A stretch of DNA of 64,000 nt from NCBI GenBank assembly GCA_963771075.1, contig CAVYSE010000007.1:96001-160000 (forward strand), given 5' to 3'. Under the pieces are notes generated by a model. It did no database searches and had not been told where the DNA came from. It worked only from the letters and a program-made list of their open reading frames with translations. Made by a program: the position numbers and the translations under genes. The DNA comes from a candidate division FCPU426 bacterium. Its GTDB lineage: Bacteria > Oederibacteriota > Muellerivitia > Muellerivitales > Muellerivitaceae. This document shows, one piece after another, positions 39,628-50,750 of this stretch (the first letter of the stretch is position 1; every line of letters starts with the position of its first letter).

Positions 39628-40086
39628 ATGGGTACCTTCGACCATCACCATTACAGCAATCTTTTTTACATCACCACGATCGCCTTTCTCGTGGCCCAGG
39701 GATTGAAGGTGTTGATTTACTATTTTCAGCACCATAGAATCAATTTTCGCTTGTTTGTCGGCATGGGCGGCATGCCCAGCTCCCATTCGGCCTTTGTCTG
39801 CAGTTTGACCACCGCCATCGGCCTGGATACCCGATGGGATTCCCCGGCTTTCTGGCTCTCGGTCGGCATGGCGTTCATCGTCATGACGGACGCGGCGGGT
39901 GTGCGCCGGGCCGCAGGCCAGCAGGCGAAGATCCTGAACCAAATCATGGATGACTGGGGCAAGTCGCGTCCGATCCCCCAGCAACGGTTGAAGGAATTTT
40001 TAGGCCATACCCCCATACAGGTTGTCGCAGGAGCGGCCCTGGGGATCGCGATCGCGTTCGCGCTCTATCCCTTACTTCCATTTTAA
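39628..40086 (+). CDS. Divergent PAP2 family protein (DUF212)
   Basis: GGMPSSHSA, DAAGVRRAAG, LGHTP; ispA-DUF212-dxs context. Confidence 0.92.
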   Translation: MGTFDHHHYSNLFYITTIAFLVAQGLKVLIYYFQHHRINFRLFVGMGGMPSSHSAFVCSLTTAIGLDTRWDSPAFWLSVGMAFIVMTDAAGVRRAAGQQAKILNQIMDDWGKSRPIPQQRLKEFLGHTPIQVVAGAALGIAIAFALYPLLPF

Positions 40087-40097
40087 ATCGGGGTTTC

Positions 40098-42013
40098 ATG
40101 TACAAGTATTTGGACAAAATCGACAGTCCCCAGCGCCTTCGCGCCCTTCCCAAGGAAGCCTTGCCCAAGGTGGCGGAGGAAATAAGGGATTTCCTGGTGA
40201 CTTCTGTTTCCAAGACGGGCGGTCACCTGGGAGCCAGCCTTGGGACGGTGGAGCTGACCCTGGCCATGCATTTCATTTATGACACCCCCCAAGACCGGAT
40301 CGTCTGGGACGTGGGCCACCAGGCCTACGGCCACAAGGTGATCACGGGCCGGAAGGACCGCTTCGACACCTTGCGCCAGTTCGAGGGCCTTTGCGGTTTC
40401 CCCAAACGCAACGAGAGCGAATACGACACCTTCGCGGCGGGCCACGCCGGCACGGCGCTTTCGGCGGCCTACGGCATGGCCCTGGCCCGGGACGTTCAAA
40501 AGAAAAACTTCAACGTTTTGGCGGTGGTGGGGGACGCTTCGATTTCCAACGGCATGGCCATGGAGGCCCTGAACAATATCGCTTCCCATCCCGAACTCAA
40601 TTTGACCGTCATCCTGAACGACAACGAAATGTCCATTTCCCCCAACGTGGGGGCCATGTCTTCCTACCTGAACAAGATCCTGGCGGGCAAAACCTATCAA
40701 CGAGGCGAAGGCCAATTTCGAGAGGATGATCGAAAAATTCCCCATGGGCCAGCAGATGATCAATGTGGCCCACCACGCCGAGGAATCCCTGAAGGGCTTC
40801 ATCACGCCCGGAACCTTTTTCGAGGAGATGGGCCTGCGTTATTACGGGCCCATTGACGGCCATGACATGAAGACCCTGGTCGAGATCTTCCGGCGGGTGC
40901 GACAGCTCAAGGGCCCGGTCCTGTTCACGTGATCACCACCAAAGGCAAGGGTTACGCTCCTGCCGAGGAAAACCCGGAAAAATACCATGGGGTTCCGATT
41001 TTCGATAAGGAAACGGGGATGACGGTACGCCTCCCGTACCCGGGACGCCGCCCTCCTACACCAAGGTTTTCGGGGACACCATGATCGAACTGGCGAAGGA
41101 CCATCCGAACCTTTTTGCCATCACGGCCGCCATGCCGGAAGGCACCGGCCTGAAAAAGTTCGGGGAGGCTTATCCCGGCCGTTTCGCCGATGTCGGAATC
41201 GCCGAGTCAGCACGGGGTTTGCATGGCCGCGGGGCTGGCCTGCGAAGGGCCTGAAGCCCGTGGTGGCCATCTATTCCACCTTCCTGCAAAGGGCTTACGA
41301 CCAGATCATCCACGATGTCTGCCTGCAAAAACTGCCCGTGGTTTTCGCCTTGGACCGGGGAGGGCTGGTGGGTGAGGACGGGGAAACCCATCAAGGCGTT
41401 TACGACCTGACCTATCTGCGCTGTATTCCCAACATGACGGTCATGGCGCCCGCGGACGAGAGTGAATTTCGAAACATGCTTTTTACTGCCTTGGAACACG
41501 ACGGCCCCATTGCCTTGCGATATCCGCGGGGGAACGGTGAAGGCGTGTCCTTGGAAAAGGGATTCCGGAAAATCCCCATCGGCAAGGGGGAGATCCTGGA
41601 ACTGGGCAGGGATTACGCCCTCCTGGCGGTAGGCCGCATGGTGGGTGTGGCCAAGGCGGTGGCCCTGACCTTGAAAAAAGAGGGTTTGCAGGGAACGGTG
41701 GCCAACATGCGGTTCGTGAAACCGCTGGACGAGGCTCTGATCCTCTCCCTGGCCCATGAGCATAAGGTCCTTTTGACCATGGAGGAGAATGTACTGACGG
41801 GTGGTTTCGGCAGCGGGGTTTTGGAAGTACTCCAGAAGCCATGGGATCACGGATTGCGCGGTCCGTCAGGTCGCCATTCCCGACAAATTCATCGAGCATG
41901 CCAACCCCAAGATCCAGCGAGAACTTTGTGGGTTGGAACCCTCGCAGGTGGCAGAAGGGGTCAGGAAAATGTTGAAAACCCAGAATGACGTCCGGCTGGG
42001 CGTCGTTTCCTAA
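40098..42013 (+). pseudogene. dxs: 1-deoxy-D-xylulose-5-phosphate synthase broken by at least 5 single-base indels (real decay or sequencing error)
   Basis: [48 protein letters not shown] spread over different frames. Confidence 0.9.
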
Positions 42014-43120
42014 ATGCCGTCTTTATTCCCCAAGGTCCGTTCGATGATGTGGCCGGTATTCCTGTTGGCGGCAGTTTGGGCGGAGGCCGCCACGTCGACC
42101 TCAACAGTAACGCCGGCGCCCAGCCCTACGATCGTGGAAACAGTTCTTCCTGACCTGGCATCCCCAACCCCCAGTCCGGCCCCAAAACCAGCCCCCGTTA
42201 AGCATCGAAAACCCAAACATTCTCCCACCCCGTCGGCAATGGCCTTTCCCACCCTGACCGCCCAATCCCTGGCAAGGATGACCCCGGGTACGCAACTGCC
42301 CAAGGAAGAAACGGGACCTGCCTATATCCTGGCGACCGACGCCGATGCGATCGACTTAAAAAGGCTTCGGGACCCCAAGGCGCTGGCTCAGGTCCATTCG
42401 GTGGAGGATGGGGAAAACTGGTGGTCCATCGCGAGCGACTTCAAGATTGACGTCAATACCCTGATCGGGGCCAATCCGAGCCTCCCGCTCAAGGCCCGGA
42501 TCAACCGGCCCATCGTCATTCTCTCGGAAAGGGGAGTCCTGCACACGGTACAAAAGGGTGAAACCCTTCAATCCATCGCCTCCATTTACAAGGCGGACCC
42601 CAAGGCCCTGGAAAAGATCAACGACATCCATTGGTGGTGGTGGAAAACCCTGAAGGTAGGGGACGTGCTGTTCATCCCCGGTGCCCGGCCCATCCGCATG
42701 ATCCAGGATTGGCAGGACTATTTCGCCAAACGGAACATATTCGGCAATCCCTTGGGGATGTGGCGCGCCATCACCTCGCCTTTCGGGAAAAGATACGATC
42801 CCCTCAACGGCAATACCCGCCACCATTCGGGGTTGGACCTGCGGGCGAAGTATGGGGACCCGGTCTATGCGGCCCGGGGAGGAACGGTTATCTTTACGGG
42901 CATTTCCGGCGGATACGGCAACCTCATCCAGATCGCCCACGGGACCGGGTACATCACCTTTTACGGCCATCTTTCCAAAATACTCGTTTCCCAGGGGCAG
43001 AAGGTTCGCAGGGGGCAGTTGATCGGGAGGGTCGGGGCCACCGGCCGCGTGACGGGACCCCATCTTCACTTTGAGATCCGAAAGAACGGCAAAGCCGTCG
43101 ACCCCTTGCCCTATATTTAA
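42014..43120 (+). CDS. LysM / M23 family peptidase
   Basis: Pro/Thr-rich N-terminus, two LysM repeats, HSGLD, YGHLS, TGPHLHFE. Confidence 0.93.
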   Translation: MPSLFPKVRSMMWPVFLLAAVWAEAATSTSTVTPAPSPTIVETVLPDLASPTPSPAPKPAPVKHRKPKHSPTPSAMAFPTLTAQSLARMTPGTQLPKEETGPAYILATDADAIDLKRLRDPKALAQVHSVEDGENWWSIASDFKIDVNTLIGANPSLPLKARINRPIVILSERGVLHTVQKGETLQSIASIYKADPKALEKINDIHWWWWKTLKVGDVLFIPGARPIRMIQDWQDYFAKRNIFGNPLGMWRAITSPFGKRYDPLNGNTRHHSGLDLRAKYGDPVYAARGGTVIFTGISGGYGNLIQIAHGTGYITFYGHLSKILVSQGQKVRRGQLIGRVGATGRVTGPHLHFEIRKNGKAVDPLPYI

Positions 43121-43270
43121 ATTTTAACCCGATGGTTCTCTAGTAAGAGATTTGGCCCCGATTCGCCCGTCTTTTTCCTATTTTTTAGATGGATGGGGTT
43201 TGCTAACACAAGTCATATTTATTCCTGCGGGGTTCCGGCATACTCGGATTTCTTACATTAGGGAGGGGTC

Positions 43271-43519
43271 ATGGCCAAGCGTAAGGGGCGGGTCGAGGTG
43301 GACGCGAACCGTTGCAAGGCTTGCGGACTCTGCATGGAATTCTGTCCCAAGGATTGCTTTGAAACGGGCCAGGGCCTGAATCCCCTTGGCTTCATTCCCA
43401 TTCGTTACCGGGAAGATTCGGATTGTACCGCCTGCGGAAATTGCGCATCCATGTGCCCCGATATGGCCTTGAAGATCTGGGCCCTGGATGATACAGCCGC
43501 CGCTGAGGCAAGCCGATGA
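43271..43519 (+). CDS. 2x[4Fe-4S] ferredoxin subunit of a 2-oxoacid oxidoreductase
   Basis: CKACGLCMEFCP and CTACGNCASMCP. Confidence 0.93.
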   Translation: MAKRKGRVEVDANRCKACGLCMEFCPKDCFETGQGLNPLGFIPIRYREDSDCTACGNCASMCPDMALKIWALDDTAAAEASR

Positions 43520-44577
43520 CCGCCACCCTGATCAAGGGCAACGAGGTCATTACCGAGGCGGCGATCGCCGCCGGTTGCACATTTTACGCGGGTTACCCCA
43601 TCACCCCCCAAAATGAGATTACCTCCTCCATGGCCAGGCGCATGCCCCAGGAGGGTAGGACCTTCATCCAGGCGGAAAGCGAAATCGCCGCGATCAACCT
43701 TTGTTTCGGGGCCTCGGTTGCCGGCGCCCGCGCCATGACCTCCACCTCCTCCCCCGGTTTCAGCCTCATGCAGGAGGCGGTGTCCTACATGGCCGGTTGC
43801 GAGGTCCCCTGCGTCCTGGTCAACGTCATGCGGGGCGGACCCGGCTTGGGCAACATCCAGCCCTCTCAGGCGGATTACTTCCAGGCCGTGAAGGGCGGCG
43901 GCCACGGCGACTACCATTGCCTCGTCCTGGCCCCCGCCACCGTTTCCGAAGCCTACACCTTCACCCAAATGGCGTTTGACTTGGCGGACAAGTATCGCAA
44001 CCCCGTCCTATTGCTTGCCGATGGCCAACTGGGCCAGCTCATGGAGCCGGTGGAGCTTGCCCCTCCGCAGGCCCGCCAGCTGCCTCCCCGTTCCTGGGCG
44101 CTGGACGGCGCGAAGGGCCGCAAACCCAGGCTCATCCGGTCACTCCTGATGGTGGACGGTGAACTGGAGAAGCATAACTACGAACTTGCCAAGAAATATC
44201 GTTCCATGGCCGGGGAAGCGCGTTGGGAATCGGAAAAACAGGAAAATTCAGAATTGTTGGTGGTGGCCTATGGTTCCACTTCCCGGGTGGTCAGGGCGGC
44301 CGTGAGGGAGGCGCGAGCCGGGGGTTTACCAGTTGAGTGGTTCCGCCCCCAAACCCTTTGGCCCTTTCCCTCGGAGGCGGTTCGGGAAGTTGCCCAACGC
44401 TGCGGCCGGGTGTTGGTGGTGGAAATGAGCCAGGGCCAGATGGTGGAAGACGTACGGTTGGCCGTGGAAGGCAAGGTGCCCGTGGAGTTTTTTGGGCGGC
44501 CGGGCGGGGCGGTGCCGAGCCCTAGCGAAGTCCTCGCGGCCATGAAAAAAGCCCTCGGAATAAAGGCTATGGCATGA
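43516..44577 (+). CDS. vorB: 2-oxoacid:ferredoxin oxidoreductase alpha subunit (VorB-like)
   Basis: AGYPITPQ, QAESEIAA, RGGPGLGNIQPSQADY, GGGHGDY. Confidence 0.88.
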   Translation: MTATLIKGNEVITEAAIAAGCTFYAGYPITPQNEITSSMARRMPQEGRTFIQAESEIAAINLCFGASVAGARAMTSTSSPGFSLMQEAVSYMAGCEVPCVLVNVMRGGPGLGNIQPSQADYFQAVKGGGHGDYHCLVLAPATVSEAYTFTQMAFDLADKYRNPVLLLADGQLGQLMEPVELAPPQARQLPPRSWALDGAKGRKPRLIRSLLMVDGELEKHNYELAKKYRSMAGEARWESEKQENSELLVVAYGSTSRVVRAAVREARAGGLPVEWFRPQTLWPFPSEAVREVAQRCGRVLVVEMSQGQMVEDVRLAVEGKVPVEFFGRPGGAVPSPSEVLAAMKKALGIKAMA

Positions 44578-45308
44578 AACTGACCAATCCCCTCGCCGAA
44601 TCTATGAAAGAAACTCCCCATACCTATTGCTCCGGGTGCGGGCATGGCGTGGCGCACCGGCTGGTGGCCGAGGTGCTGGATGAGCTGGGGGTACGCGAAA
44701 AGACCGTGGGGGTAGCGCCCGTGGGTTGCGCGGTATTCGCCTATGACTACTGGAATTTCGATGTAACCGAGGCGCCCCATGGCCGAACCCCTTGCGTGGC
44801 AACCGGAATCAAGCGGGTTTTGCCCGACCATGTGGTATTTAGCTACCAGGGGGATGGCGACCTGGCTTCCATTGGCATGGGTGAGATCATTCACACCGCT
44901 AATCGGGGAGATAACATCACCGTGGTCTTCATCAACAACGCCAATTACGGCATGACCGGCGGCCAGATGGCGCCCACCACCCCCATGGGAATGAAAACCG
45001 CCACCACCCCCCTGGGGCGATCCATGGGGGACGGCCATCCGATCCACGTACCTGAATTGTTGAACGCACTGGAAGCCCCCGTCTACCTGGACCGCCAATC
45101 TCTTCATGACCCCGCCCACGCTCGAAAGGCCAAGCATTCGCTGAAAAAAGCATTCCAAATTCAAATGCAGGGCAAGGGGTTCTCGTTGGTGGAAATATTG
45201 TCGGCCTGTCCGTCTAATTGGGGCATGACTCCTGTGGACGCCTTGAAGTGGATGGGCGAGCACATGATGAAAACTTTCCCGTTGGGTGTGGTCAGGGATA
45301 AATCTTAA
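44574..45308 (+). CDS. 2-oxoacid:ferredoxin oxidoreductase beta (TPP-binding) subunit
   Basis: YCSGCGHG, YQGDGD, NNANYGMTGGQMAPTT. Confidence 0.92.
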   Translation: MKLTNPLAESMKETPHTYCSGCGHGVAHRLVAEVLDELGVREKTVGVAPVGCAVFAYDYWNFDVTEAPHGRTPCVATGIKRVLPDHVVFSYQGDGDLASIGMGEIIHTANRGDNITVVFINNANYGMTGGQMAPTTPMGMKTATTPLGRSMGDGHPIHVPELLNALEAPVYLDRQSLHDPAHARKAKHSLKKAFQIQMQGKGFSLVEILSACPSNWGMTPVDALKWMGEHMMKTFPLGVVRDKS

Positions 45309-45330
45309 AGGCTGAAACAAAAAATTAATT

Positions 45331-45440
45331 ATTCACCGCGGATATCCGGAGCACACCGGGAACTAAGGAAGATTAAAAAATTAAGAATATTCGATTTTAG
45401 GATCGATTTTCTTCGCGAATTTCGCGACCTCGCAGTGAAT
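45331..45440. repeat. Degenerate palindromic intergenic insertion
   Basis: Ends ATTCACCGCG / CGCAGTGAAT (9/10 inverted match); AT-rich core; ~9-nt TTCGCGA periodicity. Confidence 0.5.
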
Positions 45441-45460
45441 GATGTCTTTGGGGGGCTGGC

Positions 45461-46015
45461 ATGAGGGAAGAATTTCATTTTCGAGGTTCGGGCGGGCAGG
45501 GTATCCTGATGATGGGGCTCGTCATGGCCCATTCCGCCCTCAAGGACGGTCTTCATGTGACTTGGATCCCCTCCTATGCAGCCGAGCGCCGTGGCGGGGC
45601 TTCTTTTTGTGCGGTGACCGTTTCGGATGAACCGGTGGATTGTCCCCTCACGGACCAGCCCACCCTTCTTTTCGCCATGGACCAGCGCGCGGCCCACAAT
45701 TACGCCCAGTTTCTACGGCCGGACGCCGTGCTTATTTACAACGCATCGCTGGTGACTGAGCCGCCCGCGGGGAAAAACCGTTCCTTCGGGATCGAAGCCT
45801 CGAAGATAGCCTCCGAGGCCAAACTGGCGGCTGCGGCCAATATGGCGGCTTTGGGGGCGGTCTTGGCGGTCAAACCCGTGGTGAAATTGCCCACTGTCGC
45901 CCAAGCTTTGGAAGTGGCGTTGGGCGAACGCAAGAAACACCTAGCCCCAGCCAATTTCAGCGTGCTGGAAACCGGATTCAAGACCGTCCGTGCAGTTTCC
46001 CCCGTCATATTTTAA
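45461..46015 (+). CDS. 2-oxoacid:ferredoxin oxidoreductase gamma subunit
   Basis: GSGGQG, WIPSYAAERRGG, ANMAALGA. Confidence 0.92.
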   Translation: MREEFHFRGSGGQGILMMGLVMAHSALKDGLHVTWIPSYAAERRGGASFCAVTVSDEPVDCPLTDQPTLLFAMDQRAAHNYAQFLRPDAVLIYNASLVTEPPAGKNRSFGIEASKIASEAKLAAAANMAALGAVLAVKPVVKLPTVAQALEVALGERKKHLAPANFSVLETGFKTVRAVSPVIF

Positions 46016-46282
46016 AGATTCAAAGTTTTCACACTTGGGTATTCCATCCACTCTTCCCGATAAAGATGAATGAATGACAGGCTGGTTTCTTGCGGAAATC
46101 AACCTAAGCATTGTTGAATAGTCATCCATATATTAATTAAGCCCAAGAAAAACCTTATTTCTCCCCCTTGCTTCTTGAAGGCAACCCCGATTTACTGCTT
46201 GGACATGGATATACTGATGTTCTTGCGGGGATAACACCTCACAGATACGCTCGAATTTGACCGCAAATCAAGGAAAGACTCG

Positions 46283-49200
46283 TTGGATCCAAGATTCTTA
46301 AAAGAAAAGGGAACCGAGACCTTCACGGGCAATGAATTGATCGTGAAGGGGGGAATGGAAGCCGGGATGCACCTCCTGACCGGCTATCCCGGTTCACCGG
46401 TAGCTGATGTATTCGAGGCCGCGGCCAATGTAACCCCCTACCTCAGGGAAAAAGGCATTCTCGCCCAAATCGCCAACAATGAGGCACTCGCGGCTGCTCG
46501 GTTGAACGGGGCCCAAATCGCCGGTTTAAGGGCCATTGCCGTCATGAAATCCGTGGGTTACCACGTGGCGGCGGACGCACTTTTCGCTGCCAGCCTGGCC
46601 AAAACGGGCCATCGGGGGGCGGGCGTCATTGTGATCGGGGACGACCCCTGGAGCGAAACCACCCAGGTTCCCATGGACTCCCGGCGCCTGTCCGACCATC
46701 TTTTCATCCCGGTGCTGGAACCGGCTACCTTTCAAGAGATCAAGGATTGGATCCGGGTCGCCTTTGAGCTTTCCGAGGAATCTGATCTTTTCATCTCCTA
46801 CCTGCTCATCACCTATAACGCGGAGGGGGGCGGATGTGTGGAAACCCGACCCAACCAGCCTCCCTCGGGGACTAGCACCCTCCATAAGGTCACCCTTGAC
46901 AGTTCCACCTTCGATACCCAGCACAGCATCGTACTTCCTCCCCATACCCTGCGGTTAGAAAGGGAATCCCAGGAGATAAAGTTCCCCCAGCTTCTAATAT
47001 CGGCCCGGGCCAAGGGCATCAATCGGGTCCTGCCCGGGGACGGGAAGAACGACCTTGCTTTCGTGACGGCGGGCGCCTCCTATACCTATCTGGAACAGGC
47101 CCTCTCCGAATTCGGCCTTTCCGGCAAGATCCCCATACTCAAACTGGGTATGACCTATCCCGTCGACCCGGAAGCGGTGAAGGAGATTCTGAAACATTCG
47201 AAGAACCTGGTTGTGGTTGAGGAGAAACGCCGTTTCATCGAGGCGCAGGTCCGCAACATCGTCCTGGACCTATACCAGGCGGGAGATTTAGAGGAGATGC
47301 CGACGGTTTGGGGTAAAGTTTTTCCCGATGGCTTAAAAGGCTTTCCTGCCGACCAGGGCTTAAGCCCGGCGGAGGTCATGCGGACCCTGGCCCCCCTGCT
47401 GGATAAGTACGAGCGGTCCAGCGCCCAGGTGAAAAAAGAGATCACTTTCCTCGACAGCCTGGTCCATACCGACATAGACATCCCCAAGCGGACCGCTTCC
47501 TTTTGCCCGGGCTGCCCCCACCGGGACTCGGCTACGATCTTCCTTCAGTTGGTGAAGGATTTCAAAGACCCGGCCTTCATGAAACGAAAATACAAAAGGG
47601 AACCCCTGGATATATTGTTCCACGGCGACGCGGGATGTTACGTGCTCCTCTTCATGCCTCCCTTCGGTCCCCTCATGCACAACTATATCGGAATGGGCCT
47701 GGGCGGCGGCACCGGCGCGGGCCTTACGCCCTTCTCCACCAACAAAAGTGTTTGCTTCATCGGCGATTCCACTTTCTTCCACTCGGGTCTTTCGGCGGTT
47801 TCCGACGCCATCAAGAACAAGCAGGATGTCCTCTATGTGGTCCTGGACAACAAGACCACCGCCATGACGGGCCACCAACCCCACGCAGGCATGGACCAGG
47901 ACCTGATGGGCAACCCCACCTTCGCCCAGGATATCGAGAAGGTCCTTGCGGGCCTGACCGAGGGCTTGGACGTTTCCATCGCCCGGGTGAACCCCGAGGA
48001 CCGGCAGGCCTACCGGGACCTGCTTGAGGAAATGATCCTGGAACCCGGGGTGAAATTCGTGATCGCCGACAAGGAATGCGGCATCACCTACCACCGCCGG
48101 TTCCGCAAACAGATGAGCAAGGAAAACGCCAAGCTGGGCTATCACCCCACCCAGAAGCGCATCAACGTGAACGACCATGTGTGCGAATATTGCCTGGAAT
48201 GCACCAACTTGACCGGTTGCCCCGGCCTAGCCATCGAGGAAACCCTTTATGGGCCCAAGATCGGCACCGACCTTTCCTATTGCGTCTCCGACATGGCCTG
48301 CACCCGCACCAAGGTCTGCCCCTCCTTCGAGGAGCTCACCATCCTGCGCAACCACAAGGCGCCCTCCTTGACCCTGCCCAACCCGGAAACCCTGCCCCTG
48401 CCCGAATCCGCGAGTTTCAACGAGGACTGGCGAGCCTACTTGTGCGGAGTCGGGGGCATGGGCATCGGCAGTTCAACCGCGGTGCTGGTGCGGGCCGCGC
48501 TTAAAAAGGGCTACCACGTCACCTTCTGCGACAAGAAGGGCATTGCCATCCGCAACGGGGGGGTCAATTCCCAGATCACCTTCTCCAAGAGGAAAAAGGT
48601 AGTCGCGCCCCTCTTTCCGCAGGGCAAGGCCGACCTGATCCTGGGGCTGGATATCCTCGAAGCGGCCCGGGGTCTCGACCCCCGGATGAACTTCCGGGTT
48701 GGGAGCCGGGAATTCACCCACTCGGTGGTCAACACCCACAAGACCCATACCATCCTCACCCTCATGGGCCAGGACGATTTTTCGCCCGCCGAACTGGCCG
48801 AGCTGTTCAAGAAGTACACCATGGATTACCTGGGCGCGGACATGAGCGCCATCGCGGAAAAGTACCTGGGCAACAAGGTGTTCGTGAACGTGCTGATGTT
48901 GGGCGTGGCTTTCCAAAGGGGGCTTCTTCCGCTGAAGCTGGAGGACCTGGTCGAGTCCATCCGGGAGAACTTTCCGGCTCGCGCCGCAGATTACAATATC
49001 AATGCCCTTCACCTGGGCCGGGACATGGCGCTCAACCCGGACAAGTACAACGCCGACGTCCGCATGGGCTTCCAGGAAGTGATGACGGTCAAATCACTGG
49101 TGCTGGGCGCTTCCCGGGCCAAGACCTACCGGGCCATGGCCGACGAGTTCCTAAAGGCGTGGGAGGGCGACGAGGACACCCGGCTCCAGTTCGTCACCCG

Positions 49201-49831
49201 GCTTTACGACCTGATCGAATTCGAGGATATCCATTACGCGCGCTTCTATTTGAACCGGGTGCTGGAAATCCTGAGGAAGGACTCGGCCCGGGAAGGGTTT
49301 GAGGCTACCCGGGTGGTGGTGAAATACCTGCACAAGGTCATGGAGATCAAGGACGAGGTATACGTGGCCCATCTGCTGACTAGCCCGGAGAAATATAAGA
49401 AGGACGCGAAACGCTATAAGGTGGACCTAAGGGGCGGGGACCGGATCGTCTACAAACACCTCAACCGTCCCCGGTTCGACCTGTTCGGCTTCAGCCTCGA
49501 GTTCGATTTCGATAGCAGTGACTGGATGCTTCAGATCATGAAGCGCATGAAATTCCTAAGGCTCTTGATGCCCTCCTGGCACAAGCGAGAGAAGGCCTTC
49601 CGGGCCTGGTACCAGGGCCTAACCGCCAAGTTCGAGTATCAATCTCCGGCTGAATACCGCCGTTGGGTGAGGGCATTGAGCGTGCCGGAAGAGGTGAGGG
49701 GCTACCGCGAGGTCCGGTATCCCAAAATGGAGATTGCCATGGAGAAGGCCCAGGCCATCCTTTCCGGGGCCGAGGAACCCATGGCCTATCCGCATGACAC
49801 CTTGAAATCTAATAAAACTGCAGTCCGTTGA
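46283..49831 (+). CDS. Fused indolepyruvate:ferredoxin oxidoreductase family protein
   Basis: GYPGSP, FCPGCPHR, IGDSTFFHSG, TAMTGHQP, CEYCLEC...GCP, GVGGMG. Confidence 0.9.
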   Translation: MDPRFLKEKGTETFTGNELIVKGGMEAGMHLLTGYPGSPVADVFEAAANVTPYLREKGILAQIANNEALAAARLNGAQIAGLRAIAVMKSVGYHVAADALFAASLAKTGHRGAGVIVIGDDPWSETTQVPMDSRRLSDHLFIPVLEPATFQEIKDWIRVAFELSEESDLFISYLLITYNAEGGGCVETRPNQPPSGTSTLHKVTLDSSTFDTQHSIVLPPHTLRLERESQEIKFPQLLISARAKGINRVLPGDGKNDLAFVTAGASYTYLEQALSEFGLSGKIPILKLGMTYPVDPEAVKEILKHSKNLVVVEEKRRFIEAQVRNIVLDLYQAGDLEEMPTVWGKVFPDGLKGFPADQGLSPAEVMRTLAPLLDKYERSSAQVKKEITFLDSLVHTDIDIPKRTASFCPGCPHRDSATIFLQLVKDFKDPAFMKRKYKREPLDILFHGDAGCYVLLFMPPFGPLMHNYIGMGLGGGTGAGLTPFSTNKSVCFIGDSTFFHSGLSAVSDAIKNKQDVLYVVLDNKTTAMTGHQPHAGMDQDLMGNPTFAQDIEKVLAGLTEGLDVSIARVNPEDRQAYRDLLEEMILEPGVKFVIADKECGITYHRRFRKQMSKENAKLGYHPTQKRINVNDHVCEYCLECTNLTGCPGLAIEETLYGPKIGTDLSYCVSDMACTRTKVCPSFEELTILRNHKAPSLTLPNPETLPLPESASFNEDWRAYLCGVGGMGIGSSTAVLVRAALKKGYHVTFCDKKGIAIRNGGVNSQITFSKRKKVVAPLFPQGKADLILGLDILEAARGLDPRMNFRVGSREFTHSVVNTHKTHTILTLMGQDDFSPAELAELFKKYTMDYLGADMSAIAEKYLGNKVFVNVLMLGVAFQRGLLPLKLEDLVESIRENFPARAADYNINALHLGRDMALNPDKYNADVRMGFQEVMTVKSLVLGASRAKTYRAMADEFLKAWEGDEDTRLQFVTRLYDLIEFEDIHYARFYLNRVLEILRKDSAREGFEATRVVVKYLHKVMEIKDEVYVAHLLTSPEKYKKDAKRYKVDLRGGDRIVYKHLNRPRFDLFGFSLEFDFDSSDWMLQIMKRMKFLRLLMPSWHKREKAFRAWYQGLTAKFEYQSPAEYRRWVRALSVPEEVRGYREVRYPKMEIAMEKAQAILSGAEEPMAYPHDTLKSNKTAVR

Positions 49832-49986
49832 GGAATTTTAAACACCCTACCCCATCCCAATCCTTGTTTAGCCACTGATCCACACGACCCGCTTCGCGCG
49901 TATGAATAAACAAGGTTAAAAACGGCTAAAAAATTAATTTATAATCAAATGCGTCTCATGTTTCCGTTCCGAGCTATAGTTTTGGG

Positions 49987-50688
49987 TTGAAAGGATTTAT
50001 TTTGGATAAAAATTCACGAAAACTATTATTCTTGCTTATCTTCGCGCTTGCGGTTCGTCCACTGGGCGCTGCCCACTTGCAGACCCTCATCCTCAAGGCC
50101 CAAAAGATTGACGCCAGTCATTTGATCCTTTCCTGGGAAGACCCCAATCCCATCATCGTCCAGGGTTATAACGTTTACAGCCGACAAGGGGGCCAGGGGC
50201 CCTTTTTCAAGCTCAATAGCAAGCTGTTGCGCACCAACCAGTATTATTTGACCGCGACCGCTGATTCCCAGTTCACCTTCCAGGTACGGGAAGTGGTTCA
50301 GCAGGAACCTCTTCGGGAAGGGTTAGCCTCGCTGGAATTGATGTTTTCCCAAAGGATGAATTCGGTGGACAAGAAAGCGTTGGACCCATCGCCGCGCGGG
50401 ATCATCGACCTGGTGAAGGTGGCTCATATGGCGAAATGGGCCAAGCCGGGAAGGAAGAACCTGGCGGGCTACAACGCCTATTACTGCGAGAAGCAGGATG
50501 GGGCCTTTATCAAGGCTAATGATGAGCCCTTCAGCAAGGTGAAGGCGCTTTTAAAGAACCTCACGCCAGGCAAAAATTATTACCTTGTCTTTACATCGTT
50601 GGGTAGCAACAACAAGGAAAGCGAACCTTCGGGGGTCTTGATGGCCCAGGCGGAACTTGCCCCGCCCGATCAGGCTTCTTTACCGTAA
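49987..50688 (+). CDS. Secreted protein with two fibronectin type III-like domains
   Basis: LSWED...GYNVY; KW...AGYNAY; LTPGKNYY...ESEPS. Confidence 0.75.
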   Translation: MKGFILDKNSRKLLFLLIFALAVRPLGAAHLQTLILKAQKIDASHLILSWEDPNPIIVQGYNVYSRQGGQGPFFKLNSKLLRTNQYYLTATADSQFTFQVREVVQQEPLREGLASLELMFSQRMNSVDKKALDPSPRGIIDLVKVAHMAKWAKPGRKNLAGYNAYYCEKQDGAFIKANDEPFSKVKALLKNLTPGKNYYLVFTSLGSNNKESEPSGVLMAQAELAPPDQASLP

Positions 50689-50750
50689 CCGTAAATTAAC
50701 GGTGATGGAGGTCGGGGCGAAGGCATTACTCTTTTGGGTGAGTTAAAAAA

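Noticed and set aside
25896..49372. Long antisense or alternate-frame ORFs (e.g. 25896-26561, 33865-34767, 44268-45320, 47360-48178)
   Set aside because: Shadow ORFs of GC-rich genes with no protein-like motifs
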